Shown here: one piece after another, positions 28,660-43,129 of the stretch
Layout: every line of letters starts with the position of its first letter
Position numbering within the stretch: the first letter of the stretch is position 1
NCBI RefSeq assembly: GCF_006345805.1
Contig: NC_043007.1
Location: 57,474,001-57,538,000 of the forward strand
Length of the DNA: 64,000 nucleotides
Source: Octopus sinensis
Taxonomy: Eukaryota
Direction: 5' to 3'
Translations under genes and position numbers: made by a program
Notes under the pieces: generated by a model
The model's input: the letters and a program-made list of their open reading frames with translations, nothing else
What the model was told of the DNA's origin: nothing
Database searches by the model: none

Positions 28660-29397
28660 TTCAAACTTTGCCACACGAGCAGCAATTTTGGAGCAGGGGA
28701 TGAGTCGATTACATCGACACCAGTGTTCAACTGGTACTTAAATTATCGACCCCGAAAGGATGAAAAGCAAAGTCAGCCTCGGCTGAATTTGAACTCAGAA
28801 CGTGGAGACGGGCGAAATACCTATTTCTATTTCTTTACTACCCTCAAAGGGCTAAACACAGACAGGACAAACAAGGACAGACAAATGGATTAAGTCGATT
28901 ATATCGACCTGAGTGCGTAACTGGTACTTATTTAATCGACCCCGAAAGGATGAAAGGCAAAGTCGACCTCGGCGGAATTTTTAACTTAGAACGTAGCGGC
29001 AGACGAAATACCTATTTCTTTACTACCCACAAAGAGCTACACACAGAGGGGACAAACAAGGACAGACAAACGGATTAAGTCGTAACTGGTACTTAATTTA
29101 TCAACTTTGAAAGGCAAAGTCGACCTCGGCGGAATTTGAACTCAGAACGTAGCGACAGACGAAATACCTATTTCTTTATTACCCACAAGGGGCTAAACAC
29201 AGAGGGGACAAACAAGGACAGATATAGGTATTAAATCGATTACATCGACCCCAGTGCGTAACCGGTACTTAATTTATCGACCCCGAAAGGATGAAAGGCA
29301 AAGTCGACCTCGGCGGAATTTGAACTCACAACGTAACGGCAGCCGAAATACCGCTAAGCATTTCGCCCGATATGCTAACGATTCTGCCAGCTCACGG
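28660..29397 (-). repeat. Tandem array of about four ~180-bp family B SINE units
   Basis: gtcgacctcggcggaatttgaactcagaacgt..gaaatacctatttc..cccacaaggggctaaacacagaggggacaaacaaggacag recurs near 28770, 28960, 29120 and 29300. Confidence 0.85.
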
Positions 29398-29399
29398 CT

Positions 29400-29474
<75 letters not shown>

Positions 29475-30694
29475 CAACAATAATAATAAATGAAAATTGT
29501 AATAGATGCATACAACTAGAGACGAAGACAGACTGAATACGTAGACATCTTAAACGCTCCTTCCACCTATTTACATACCAACAGTGGATCATGTACAGGA
29601 CAGATATCTAACAATAGCCGGATAGAAAAATGTTGCAGTTTGTTTCTATTGTTGTTAACCTTACTGTTCATATTGTTGCTTTGAGTAGTCTTCATCATTC
29701 GGCGGCGTACGCAACGAGAATGTCGCTTCTGATGAAGTCTCAGATGGTCTTTTCTGTTGTTTAAGGTCAGGTTTAGCTGGTATTGCTCTGCTCCAGTTTG
29801 TAATTCAGATGCTTGTATATTCAAATAAGCACACAGATACAGACACACACACAAACACGCACGCGCACACACAGATCCAAACATACACAATCACACACAT
29901 GCATACACACACATACACACATACACAAAAGCACGTACGTACATTCATATCCTTCCATATATGTGTGTGGGGGGAGGAGGTTGCATGTACAAATACAAAC
30001 ATGCATACGTAAACACGCACAAGCACTGATACATATATATATATATATTCAAACATATACAGACACGTGTGCGCGCACACACACACACTCACATATATAT
30101 ATGTGTGTGTGTGTGTACAGAAGGAGAGAGAGTGAGAGGGAGAGAAAGAGTATGTATATTAATATGTGCGTGTGTTCTGTATTTGTGTGTGTGTGTGTGT
30201 GAGGAGAATTCATATTGCTTACTAAGAACAACGCAGACCATGAAGTTATGAAGGGGACTCATTGTAATTCAGAAGAATAACATAAATCTATATAAGTGGA
30301 TTGCTGTTTGTAATGAATTTACGCTTGATTCACACAGTAAAAGACCTCTCACGACTGTCTACAATCTCAGTAATACGCGCAAGCACACACCAACATCCAC
30401 ATGTATTTGCGAGTAAGAGTTAGTATGTGAGAATACGTGAAATAGGATAAGTATTGAACAAAAGACAATTAGCTTCTGACAGACACCAGGAAAATATTTG
30501 AAACGACTAAAGATAAATTATCGAAGAATTCCTTTCGTCATATGATCGATAGATTTTTTTTTCTACATAAACGGCCAAACCTAATCAACTATCATTTCAA
30601 AACTTTGGAATTAATAGGGTAAAGCTGGTTTCATTTTTCCGTTATAGGGAGGGCTTAAGGTGACGCACCAAACCATTTTATTTATATTACGTTC

Positions 30695-30898
30695 TGGAAG
30701 AATCGTTAGCACGCCGGAGAAAATGCTTAGTCGCATTTCGTCCGTCTTTACGTTCTGAGTTCAAACTCCGTCGCAAAGGATTTTGCCTTTCATACGTTGG
30801 GGGTCGATCGAATAAGTACCAGTCGCGCACTGGGGTCGATATTTTTGACCTTAACTTGCCTCCGAACTTGCCTGCCATGAACAAAATTTTGAAACCAT

Positions 30899-30900
<2 letters not shown>
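30695..30900 (+). mobile_element. Family B SINE
   Basis: gaatcgttagcacgccgg..gttctgagttcaaactcc..aagtaccagt..tggggtcgat..tttgaaacc, followed by a trinucleotide tail. Confidence 0.8.
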
Positions 30901-30945
<45 letters not shown>

Positions 30946-30960
30946 ATACTACTACTACTA

Positions 30961-31806
30961 CTATATGTTTGACTTTTGCTTTGTATTTGTACAAGTTGAC
31001 TCCAAGTCCGACCCAGAAACCTCAAGAGACAACAAGTTAGGAGTTACTGTTAGTGTTATGCCTAGGGTGTCATATATTTGGTTTTGCACACAGTATTGTT
31101 CTAGAGAATGTTTAAGAAATCATAAGAAAATTATAAGTTTGTTTTAAAATTTGAGATTACATAAACAGCATTTTACGTAGAATATGGGCAGTTCCCATCA
31201 GCACTACCTTTTTAATTTATGCCATTTTGGGGTTTCCTAGTATCTGAGCTAGGTAGCAATCAGACGCGTTTGCTATCATTCCCAGGGCACCTAAGACAAC
31301 AGGTATTGTTTTAGTCTTGCGGCTCTATATTTTGCCAATTTCAATTTCAAGATCTTTATACTTGCTCAGTTTTTGGTAGGTCTTGGCAGATACATTTATG
31401 TCGATTGGGACAGTCGTATCAACGAGGTGGCATGGTTTTTGTCTGAAGTCTTTCAATGTAATGTCTGGCCTATTCGCATGTATCTTTGTGTCAGTTTGAA
31501 CGGTGAAATTCCAGAGGAGTGAGATGTGATCATTTTCAAGCACTGGGGGTGGTTTGTGTTCCTACCAGTTTTTATCATGGGACAGATCCAGGTTTTTGCA
31601 AATTACCCAATGAATATATTGTGCTGCTCTATCATACCTGTTGAGATAATCTGTGGGCGAAAGAAGACTGCATATGGAGACAACATGATGAATGATTTCA
31701 GTTTGTTGTTTACATACACATGTTGGGCTTGGCCATTCTCTAATATGTTGGCCTAGTAGTTCCTTATAGGTAGGCATTGATCTTAGGCTGCTATGATAAA
31801 CCCTTC

Positions 31807-31807
<1 letters not shown>
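30961..31807 (-). mobile_element. Second R4/Dong-like LINE 3' fragment
   Basis: Minus-strand peptides nearly match ORF 27355-28092 (HVVSICSLL, YIHWVICKNLDL, ANRPDI). Flanked by (TAG)n and (AAT)n. Confidence 0.85.
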
Positions 31808-31865
<58 letters not shown>

Positions 31866-32166
31866 GAGCGTCGGGCGGTGAGTTCGATTCCCGGACGGGG
31901 CTGTGTGTTGTGTTCTCCAGCAAGACACTTTATTTCATATCGCTCCAGTTCACTCATCTGTAAAAATGAGCAGCGACATCATTGATGTCAAGCAGTGTCG
32001 GCCTTTGCCTTTCCCTTGGATAACATCAGTGGCATGGAGAGGAGAGGCTGATATGCATGAGCGACTGCTGTTCATCCATAAAACAACCTTGCCCGGACAT
32101 GTGCCTCGCAGGGTAACAAGTGCAATCCCATGGTCATTCATGACCGAAGGTGTCTTTACCCTTTTT
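31866..32166 (+). mobile_element. tRNA-type SINE, family C
   Basis: B box-like gagttcgattccc, core caagacactttatttca..gctccagttcactca, tail ggtcattcatgaccgaagg..tttaccc. Second copy at 43588-43920. Confidence 0.7.
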
Positions 32167-32586
32167 ACAAGTACGCGTGTACTCATCATCATTTTAATTA
32201 TTTTATTGAATTTTATAAAAATCGAAGTCTATATTTCGATACGATAAAAACAATCGAACACACTGATTAGCCAAAGAAACTGAACAAAGCGATTCTGTAG
32301 AATACCCTCTACATTCAGCAGATCTCACACCGTTTACAGTACAAATCGGCAACAGTTAATGAATCGAGGGCAGCCACTGAACGAGAATGCGCACAAATGC
32401 CGAAGCAAATGTTTCTTCAGCCATGCGATTCCATTAATTCGCGTTATGAGCAGTGGCTGGACCAGAATGACCATAACAAAATTCATAATCTTTCTAGATT
32501 CTATTAAATTTTAATATGTTTTTCTAATATATATAAAGAATGGTTTTGTACTCATACAATGTGTGTATATATATTTGGGGAAACCC

Positions 32587-32633
<47 letters not shown>

Positions 32634-32918
32634 AATGGCGGTGCCCCAGCATGGCCACAGCTCGTGAGCTGAAACTGGATAAAATAAAATAGAAATAAAA
32701 AATATACATACATGCATATATACATATATACATATATATATATATGCATATATATATATATATATACATATATAAACACACATATATGCACACACAAGCA
32801 CATACATACATACATACATACATACATACATACATACATACATACATACATACATACATACATGCATACATACATACATACAATTCCTTTCTCTTGCTTC
32901 TTTCAATCCTTTTTCTTC

Positions 32919-32951
32919 TCTTTGACAAAAGCTGTCTACCGAAACGACAGA
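32919..32951 (+). ncRNA. Degenerate minimal hammerhead (U3-A8)
   Basis: tct-TTGACAA-aagctgtctacc-GAAA-cg-AC-aga. U16.1 and stem II are mutated. Followed by a pyrimidine-rich pLTR-like tail. Confidence 0.4.
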
Positions 32952-33325
32952 TTCTCTTCTGATTCTTCTTCTGGCGCATTTATGTTGATTCTCAGTCACG
33001 TGTTCTCGTTTATCTGACACAAAGCTTTATTTTCTTTATTTTTTGTCTTCTGTTTGCCTCACAATCTTACTCGTGCGATTATCATTTTACACCGACATAG
33101 AACAAATCACTGCTGCTTCGCATATGTGTGTGTGTGTGTGTATCGTATATGTGTGTGTGTATACGCACACACATACACAAGTACTCCCATACACATAGAT
33201 GTATATGTGTGCATTTTTATATTGATAAACTGATAAACTTTGACAATACGAACAGAAACATCGACACCGACGATGACAATAATGATAATGGTGATAATGA
33301 TGACGATGATGATAATGATGACGAA

Positions 33326-33356
<31 letters not shown>

Positions 33357-34004
33357 GTGATACAGAAACTCTGCTGTTTGTGCCTGTTAGTATGTCTAAC
33401 CTGCAGAGGCTGTCTATAACGGAATGTGTAGATGGCGAAATATAAAATGTTATCACATCCTTTAAAAATGTTCTTTACTCTTCCCATTTCAAACGTCGCT
33501 TACGTACACTTTTTGTTTAACGTATATGGACTCAGTATATGGAGTTCAGGTCCGAACTGAGGCTGGTTCCGGTAGGTGTCCAGATGGTCGAGAGCCGTGT
33601 CCAAGTAGAGCAATGGGGAATCTAAGTGAACCAATCACAAATAAAGGGACGATCCATTGATTAAACAAGTACCATTTTTATATATAGATGTAGCTTTTAT
33701 TCTCTTACCTTTAAACGTACCATATAAACCACAAGTACATACATATCCCCGTAAGTCACGTATATATCGAGTATTTAGTACTGATTACTAAAATAATTAA
33801 GATGCTTAAAATGGGGGCCTTGATTAAGGGCCTACTTTGGGGGCGCCTAGATTGAGGGCCTGCATTGATGGTTCTACATATGTACCCCTAATACTAGCTT
33901 TGCGGAGAATTTGAATAAGCTGAGCAGTATGGATGACAGTTTACTGCATCAAAAAAGAAAGAAAAACTATTCATCTATCCATCCATCTATCCATTTATCC
34001 ATCC

Positions 34005-34103
<99 letters not shown>

Positions 34104-34112
34104 AATCTATCC

Positions 34113-34189
<77 letters not shown>

Positions 34190-34453
34190 GACATAAGGAA
34201 CATGTTTCCGAGAATCAGGCTGCATGAGATATGACTCATCAGGCGGGCCACACTCACAAAGAAATCCAAGATAATTTTTCGTTAGACATACCATTCAGAA
34301 ATTCTCGAGAGCCACAGTTTACTCATGATTGATTTATTTACAGCCAACCAGCCAGCCAGCCAATCAGACAGTCAGACAGATAGATAGTTAGATAGATAGA
34401 TAAGTTTCTTTATTGGCCACACAGGGCTGCACACAGATGGGACAAATAGATGG

Positions 34454-34515
<62 letters not shown>

Positions 34516-34679
34516 CAGATAAACCATACCATGAATCCTTACTTCCTTGATAGTCGTGAGGACTCCGTCAGGACAAATGTCATACATCGGGCATTTTTAG
34601 ACGTACCCGAGCCCGTCCCTCTGCAGATCTGATCACAGTTGCATTATTCAAGAAGACGAAAAGGAGACAAAGAGAAGAA

Positions 34680-34830
34680 TCGACCCAGTGCAGAACTAAT
34701 AGTTTATTTTATCACCGCCGAAAGAATAAAAGGTTAAGTTGACCTCTGTGTGATTCGAACTCAGAGAGTAGAGTCGGAAAGTATACCGCAAAGTAATTCC
34801 TTCAACGCACGAACGAATCCATCAATTGCC
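34680..34830 (-). mobile_element. Degenerate family B SINE
   Basis: cgacccagtgcagaact..tttatc..ccgaaagaataaaagg..gacctc..gaactcagag. Confidence 0.6.
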
Positions 34831-35236
34831 CGTCTACAAAAGTGTATGTATATGTGTGTGTCAAAGTGTCTGCGTGCGTGTACATACTTACACGTTTATG
34901 TATGTATACATAAATGCTTACAAAAACATCCATATTCACGCTCATACACACACGCACACATACTGACACACATATATGTGTGTAATTTAGACTACCATTG
35001 AAATGATACGATGTGCATGTATGTATGTGTGTATATGTGTGTGTGTTTATTTGTGCATGAGTGTGTATAACTATCACCCTATTTCAATGGTAATTTAAAT
35101 TTATTTATTGAGTCAACTGGAGCAATGATTGTGCGGGAGTGTATGTCTGTGTATATATACACATATATAATATATGTATGTGCATACATACAAGTATCAT
35201 TGAATATATAAATATGCATGTACATGTATGTGTGTG

Positions 35237-35275
<39 letters not shown>

Positions 35276-35474
35276 GTGTGTGTGTGAGTGCGTGAAGGGG
35301 GCAGCTGCTTATTGTAAACTACTGTGAGATTTCATTAGAATAGGAGGCAGAGAAGGGAGCAAAAATAAATATAACAAGAAAGAACAGCAGAAACAAGACT
35401 AGAGTTACAAGAGAATCAATTAGAAAGTAAGAGGTACGTGTATGCGTGTGGTGTGTATATATATACATACAAAC

Positions 35475-35525
<51 letters not shown>

Positions 35526-35552
35526 TATATATATTTTATAATATATATATAT

Positions 35553-35584
<32 letters not shown>

Positions 35585-36514
35585 ATTATATATATATATT
35601 ATATATTTATAATATATATATATATAATATACACACATGTATATATACACACATATATATATGTATACATGTATGTATGTATGTATGATTGTATGTATAT
35701 ACGTATGTATATGTACGTGTGTCTGTTTTTGTGTGTTGTAAGCCACATATGGTTGAATAAGCATCCTACTACTGGATCACTGCAGCCGTAAAAATATGCT
35801 TCTCTTTGCTTCTTTATTTCTCTTCACTTCTGTCTGTCTGTATCTCTGTCTGTCTCTATCTTTCTGCCTTTCTCTCACACTGTTTGCCCCACTCTCTCTC
35901 TCTCTTTCTTTCTTTCTCTCCCTCTCTCTCCCTCTATCTCATCCCAGCTCCTTGACAGACCCGCATCCACAGTAACCCACCATTCTTTTTCAACGACTCC
36001 TCTCCCTTCTCCCCTGCTATATCCCCCACCTCGTATACCTACGTTTCTCTCAATACCTCTTTTAGCCACTCACACACACACATACACACACACACACACT
36101 CCTACATCTCTATCTAGCTATAATACTTTTTCCCCTTCGTTCACAACTGCCCTCCGGTCATTCATGAAACTGTTATAAAATACAAATAGAAAAACATCCA
36201 CCTCACCATCTCCCTCACGTCCACCCATCCCGATGTACAAAAAAACATTAAAAGACAGGAGGAGGATCGGTCCCTTTTCAAAAAGGGCTACCCCAACAAT
36301 AACCTCACTGATTACTAGGGATGGCTCTAACGACGAATTTACCCCGCCCATTCGTCTCTTCTTCTCCTTCGTCTACTCTTTACTTCTTCGTCTTCATTTT
36401 CTATCGACCGTAAAGTAAAAGAAAGTAAAATAAAACACATTTGTAGCTCTTTAACATCTATTTTAGTAATACTTTCATCGTCGGTTTCTTGGGTATTTTC
36501 ATTCGTTCACTGTT

Positions 36515-36595
<81 letters not shown>

Positions 36596-36671
36596 TGATC
36601 TTTGTATATGCGTGTACACATATATGAATGTATGCGTGTACTTATGTATACATATACATTTGTATACATAC

Positions 36672-36851
36672 AGGCGCAGGCGTGGTTGTCTGGTAAGAAG
36701 CTTGCTTCCCAGCTACATGATTCCGGGTTCAGACCCACTGCGTTACACCTTGGGCAAGTGTTTTCTACTATTGCCTCGGGCTGATCAAAGTCTTGTGAGA
36801 GGATTTGGTAGCCGGAAACTGAAAGAAGCCCGTCATATATATATATATATT

Positions 36852-36882
<31 letters not shown>

Positions 36883-38339
36883 ATATATATATATATGTAT
36901 ATACATATATATATATATATATGAATATATATATATGTATATATAAATATGTGTGTATGTTTTGTGTCTGTGTTTGTCCCCTGCCACCGCTTGACAACAG
37001 ATGCTGGTGTGTTTATGTTCCCATAATTTGTGGTTCGGCAAAAAATCCATAGATTAAGTTCTAGGCATAAAAAAGAAGAGTGCGGAGATCGATTTGCTCG
37101 ACTAACAACCTTAAAGGCGGTGTCCCAAATGACTGAAACAAGAAAAAAAAAAAAATTTAAATACAGGTGCAGGAGTGGCTGTGTGGTAAGTAGCTTGCTA
37201 ACCAACCACATGGTTCCGGGTTCAGTCCCACTGCGTGGCATCTTGGGCTAGTGTCTTCTGCTATAGCTCCGGGCCGACCAAAGCCTTGTGAGTGGATTTG
37301 GTAGACGGAAACTGAAAGAAGCCTGTCGTATATATGTATATATATATATGTGTGTGTGTATATATTTGTGTGTCTGTGTTTGTCCCCCTAGCATTGCTTG
37401 ACAACCGATGCTGGTGTGTTTACGTCCCCGTCACTTAGCGGTTCGGCAAAAGAGACCGATAGAATAAGTACTGGGCTTACAAAGAATAAGTTATGGGGTC
37501 GATTTTCTCGACTAAATGCGATGCTACAGCATGGCCGCAGTCAAATGACTGAAACAAGTAAAAGAGTAAAAGAGTAAAGAGATTTATCTTTAACTTTTAC
37601 TTGTTTAAATCATTAGACTGTGGCCATACTGGGGCACCGCCTTGAAGAATTTTTAGTCGATCACATTGACCCCAGTAGTTATTTTTTAAGGTTTGGTACT
37701 TATCGGTCTCTTTTGTGGAACCGCTAAGTTACGGAGACGTAAACACATCGGCTGTCAAGCAGTGATGAGGAGATAAGCAATGACACAAAGACACACAGAT
37801 AGATGGATATGTATAGATACATATATACGACGGACTTCTTTCAATGTCCGACTACCAAATCCACTCGCAAGGATTCGGTCAGCCAGAGGCTATGGGAGAA
37901 GACACTTCCCCAAGGTGCCACGTAGTGCGACTGAACACCGAGACTTATGGTTGGGAAGCAAGGTTCTTACCACACAAACACCTGCACCTATATTTTTCTA
38001 TTTATTATATATATATGTATATATATATGTATATACAATTACTAAATGAGTATTCTTTTATTCTTTTATTTGTTTCAGTCATTTGACTGCGGCCATACTG
38101 GAACATTACATTTAGTCGAACAAACCAACCCCAGGACTTATTCTTTGTAAGCCTAGTACTTATTCTATCGGACTTTTTTGCTGAACCACTAGGTTACGGG
38201 GACGTAAACACTCCAGTATCGGTTGTAAAGCGATGTTGGGGTCAAATGCAGACACATACATATATATATATATATAGGGAGAGTTTACGAAAAAAACAAA
38301 AGACGAAGACAGTTGTGTACAAAACAAACAGATGTATTA

Positions 38340-38390
<51 letters not shown>

Positions 38391-38560
38391 ATATATATAT
38401 ATGTACGGGCTTCTTTCAGTTTCCGCCTACCAAATCCACTCTTAACGGTTTGGTCGGCCCAAGGCTATAGTAGAAGACACTAGCCCAAGGTGCCACTGAA
38501 CCTAGAACCATGTGGTGGGTAAGCAAGCTACTTAACCACACAACCACTCCTGCGCCTACA
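36672..38560. mobile_element. Cluster of four family A SINEs: + at about 36672-37145 and 37165-37580; - at about 37590-37990 and 38055-38560
   Basis: Each has the tRNA-like head, ggatttggtagacggaaactgaaagaagccc, an internal (TA/TG)n and the tail ..tgactgaaacaag. Confidence 0.9.
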
Positions 38561-38794
38561 GATATCATAGATATTATTACTAATTATTATCACTAGTAAA
38601 ATGAATGATAACAACAATAACATTGGTGGCCAACAAGCAAAAAACGATAAATGGTAAATCCAACGTGTTATGATTAATTTATAATTATAATAGGGCACAC
38701 GTGCTGCCAGCATTGTTGTGAAAATCCCAGTAAGAAAATCCTCTAGGAAAATCACCAATCACTGGAAAAAATATCTAAATATCTATCTATCAGT

Positions 38795-38864
<70 letters not shown>

Positions 38865-39242
38865 ATGTTATAGAAGGTTCGTTCCCCTTGTAAACACACT
38901 CATAGAAAAATCATACAAATGTAAACACTGGCAGAAAAACGTAGTTTCTACTCATATAAATGATAACGATAGTCACTGTGGTTTGAACAATTAGCTTAAC
39001 GTGCACCCACTTCAATAGCGAAATTCTTTCCTAAGCCTCTCGAACATTCTTTCAATCAACGTACCCTTCCCTCTCCACCCCTTGTTCCCTACCTATTATT
39101 CCTTTAACCATTCTCTTCCTACTATCTATCTTTGACGTCAATTCTTCTAAGGTTTTTTTAAAACACTCATTATCGTTTTGTTTACCATGTAGGCAGTCAT
39201 TGAAATTTTTGTCTGTCTTGTTGTCGAGAGAGGCTCCCTTTT

Positions 39243-39324
39243 CTTTCCTGATGAGAAGATTGCATATGCACCCTTTATTCCTTTGGAATGAAAACCATGT
39301 TGTCTTCGAAACATATGTCGAGAG
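39243..39324 (+). ncRNA. Canonical type I hammerhead in a pLTR-like repeat (about 38865-39520)
   Basis: ctttc-CTGATGA-gaaga..tcttc-GAAA-catatg-TC-gagag. All core positions intact, palindromic stem III. Confidence 0.85.
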
Positions 39325-39522
39325 TAAAGGAATTTTTGTTAAACATCTTCGTTCGACTTCATTCTTTCATTATTCATATACAACACACAATTTCTGCACA
39401 TGAACCCGGAGTTTCTACCCTTGGACAGGTCGCTCAACCGTGTTTCTGACGTGAATTTGCTACCCAGGTTTCGGTGCAACGAATTTTCCATGCTGACGAT
39501 AAACATAGGATAATTCATTCAC

Positions 39523-39662
<140 letters not shown>

Positions 39663-39709
39663 ATATTATATATATATTATATATATATCTATATATAATA
39701 TATAATATA

Positions 39710-39744
<35 letters not shown>

Positions 39745-39751
<7 letters not shown>

Positions 39752-39925
39752 ATGCACTTCGTTTTGATAAGAAAAAACGCGACCAGACCAAACAGCAAAA
39801 GGAGGATATATTTATGTGTGTATATTTTATATATATATATATATAAATATAATATAAATATATCCTCCTTTTGCTGTTTGGTTCTGGTCGCGTTTGTTTC
39901 TTATCAAAACGAAGTGCATGCGCAG
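39745..39925. repeat. ~75-bp inverted repeat around a (TA)n spacer
   Basis: tgcgcatgcacttcgttttgataagaaa..ggaggatatattta is repeated in reverse complement at about 39850-39924. Confidence 0.85.
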
Positions 39926-40138
39926 TGATACGTAACAAAATAATTATCGTGTCTTAAAAATCATTTTTTTTTTAAGAATATCAAATTCACCATCTTTTTC
40001 TTCTCTCAACAGACTCTTCTTTGACCTCCTCTATGAGTTCCTTTCTTCTTCTTCTTCTTCTTCTTCTTCTTCTTCTTCTTCTTCTTCTTCTTCTTCTTCT
40101 TCTTCTTCTAATACGTCCGTTTGTTTCTTCTTACAATT

Positions 40139-40238
40139 NNNNNNNNNNNNNNNNNNNNNNNNNNNNNNNNNNNNNNNNNNNNNNNNNNNNNNNNNNNNNN
40201 NNNNNNNNNNNNNNNNNNNNNNNNNNNNNNNNNNNNNN
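40139..40238. other. Assembly gap (100 N)
   Basis: Run of N. Confidence 1.
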
Positions 40239-40311
40239 TATATATATATAATATATACATAATATATATATATATATATGTTTTATATAGCTCATTGTAT
40301 ATATATATATA

Positions 40312-40463
40312 TTGTTTCGAAATGGGGAGTAGAGAGACAGCGACAACTGATGAAGGCTTGTTCTTTATCCTTTATATTACTGTTTCCATTTTTCTCTCGT
40401 GTTTCCGTATTTAGCTCATTTGTTTTGTATTTCATGTTGTTTAATGGGGACGTCCTGTACCAT
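40312..40463 (+). repeat. Short 'gtcctgtac' family copy starting at a hammerhead stem I hairpin
   Basis: ttgtttcg..cgacaa-CTGATGA-aggc..gacgtcctgtacc. Similar to 45800-45968. Confidence 0.6.
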
Positions 40464-40469
40464 ATATGC

Positions 40470-40546
<77 letters not shown>

Positions 40547-40599
40547 ATATATATATGTGTGTTGTGTGGTGTGTGTGTGTGTGTGGGTGTGTGTAATTT

Positions 40600-41005
40600 C
40601 ATTCTCTTTTGTTTCAGTCATTTGACTGCAGCCATGCTGGAGAACTACCTTTAGTCGAACAAATCGATCCCGGGACTATTCTTTGCAAGCCTTGTACTCA
40701 CTCTGTCGGGTGTCTATTGCCGAACCGCTAAGTTACGGGATGTAAAAAACGGAAACATTGTTGTCAGACGATGGTGCGGAGACAACAACAAGGCACACAA
40801 GCATATACATAATGACATATACATACCCACACACACACACACACAACACACACACACATAGATATATAATATATATATATACACGACCGGCTTCTTTTCG
40901 TTTCCGTCTAACAGATCCACTCACAAGGCTTTGGTCGGCCGAGGCTATCGTAGAGGACACTTGCCCAAGGTGCCATGCAGTAGGGACTGAACCTGGAACC
41001 ATGTG
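40600..41005 (-). mobile_element. Family A SINE
   Basis: The reverse complement matches 37165-37580. Confidence 0.85.
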
Positions 41006-41309
41006 TTTATATCTTTATATCTACATATATCTTTTATGTTTATATACACCACATATCTCTCTCTTGTATATATATATATATATATAATATTATATATATA
41101 TATATACGCGGTGTGTATGTGTGTGTGTGCGTGTGTTGTGTGCGTGTATGTGAGAACGATAAAATTTGAGAGAGAAGAAGAAACAAATTGATAGTAAGAA
41201 GAGAGGGTGAAAAAGGACGAGACAAATGAATGATTTAATTGTTTGCAATTAAGGAGACGAAGATTAAAAATTGAGTGTGAAGCAGTGAGTTGTTCAACAA
41301 ATCGATTAG

Positions 41310-41329
41310 AGAGGAGAGAGAGAGATGAG

Positions 41330-41374
<45 letters not shown>

Positions 41375-41826
41375 AGAAAGACCTTCGGAATGAAAGGCAG
41401 AGTATAGAAATATTAAATGACAGAAAAGAAAGTAAAAAAAAAATAAAATGCTGAATGACTAAAATCGAAGGAGAGCAGAGAAAAAATTGAGAAGAGAGTG
41501 AAAAAGAGAACTGTATAGAAGAAGGAGAAGAAGGAAGAAGAAGAAGAAGAAGGAAGAAGAAGAAGAGAAGAAGAAGAAGAAGAAGAGAAGAAGAAAGAAG
41601 AAAGAAGAAGAAGAAGAAGCAGAAGAAAGAAGGAGAAGAAGAAGAAAAAAGAAAGAAGAAAAGAGAAGAAGAAGAAGAAGGGAAGAAGAGAAGAAGAGAG
41701 GAAGAAAGAAGAGGAAAAGAGAAGAAGAAGAAAAGAAGAAGAAGATGGAAGAAGAAAGGGAAAATGAGTCAGTGAGACGAAGATTAAAGCAAGTGAGAGA
41801 GAGAGACAGAGAGAGAGAGACAGAGA

Positions 41827-41877
<51 letters not shown>

Positions 41878-42464
41878 CGAAAGAGAACGAAAGAAGAAAA
41901 AATACAGATAATGGGAGAGGATGAGGGACGATGCTAAAAAAGAAGTGATGAAAATGTCGAGAAGGAGAGGGCAAAGAGGAGAAGAGATACGGTGAGAGAT
42001 GAGAGTATGGTGAGCAGAGAAGGAAAGGGAATGGAGCGAAAGAAGAGAAGTAAAAGAAATGATCGACAGAAGAGAATGGGAAGAAACCTGAAGTATATAG
42101 GAGTGGTTTTAAATGATTTCATAGGTAGACATGCAATGAGAGGAAGTCAAGGAGAGAAGTTGAGGGAGAGAGGGAAGGAGGGGAGGGAGAAGAGGAGAGA
42201 GAGAGAGAGAGAGAGTAGAAGACAAGAGATTGAAGAACGTTAAGAAACAGAAAGAGAGAAAGAGAGAAGGAACGACAGAATGGAAACAAGAGAAATACTT
42301 GAAAAACAAGATAAGGAAAATACGTGAGAAAATAACAGAAAGTGAAAGATATTTATTGAGAAAGAGGAAGATTAGGAAGAAAGAGATAGAGAGTGAGAGG
42401 AAATAAATAATAAGCCGAAATAATATATCGAATACGAGAAAATAGCGAGTAAAAGTGTTGCATT

Positions 42465-42499
<35 letters not shown>

Positions 42500-42850
42500 A
42501 CGGGGAGAGAAGAGAGAAAGAGAGAAAGAGGGAGGGGAGAAGAGAGAGAGAGGGTGAGAAAGAGTATGTGAAAGACGGAGGGAAAAAGCGAGAGAAAGGT
42601 GTAAAATGAATGCACGAGGAGTAAAAGGAAAGAATATTGGGCGGATATCTGTACAATGACATGAAACTGCGGTGTGTGGAAGTGTGTACATGAGTGAGGG
42701 AGATGGGGAGATGGGGGAGAGGAAGGGTATGGTGATGATGATGATGATGATGAGGAGGAGGAGGAGGAGGAGGAGGAATGGAAATAATGAGAATAAGAGT
42801 TTTGAAAAGAGGGCAAAGGAGGAAATTGTTTGAGAAAAGGAGGGTGGGGA
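41310..42850. repeat. Purine-rich low-complexity tract ((GA)n, (GAA)n, (GAT)n, (GAG)n)
   Basis: Seen directly. Confidence 0.9.
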
Positions 42851-43129
42851 CATTCTAAAATGAATTGCTTTTAATTATTGTGTCAATACACTATCAAATG
42901 ACCACAGGTTATTGGTAGTCAGAAGAAGATAAGGGTGTATGTAAGTGCGCTCATCGCATATGTAAGAACGTGCGTTTGTGCGGATGTATGCGTATACATG
43001 TGTATGTATATGCATATACATGTGTGCGTGTGTATATACCTGTGTGTGTATATATATGCATATATGTGTATGTTGTGTGTGTGTATGTATGCATATTCAT
43101 ATGTCTGTGTCTGTGTATGTGTATGTGTG

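Noticed and set aside
28660-29397. CRISPR-like periodicity
   Set aside because: The units are whole SINE copies with no unique spacers, in a eukaryotic context.
30472-30512. ctt-CTGACAGA..GAAA-cgac-TA-aag
   Set aside because: No stem II; chance match likely.
37165-37240. tRNA gene-like A/B boxes
   Set aside because: SINE heads; no complete cloverleaf.
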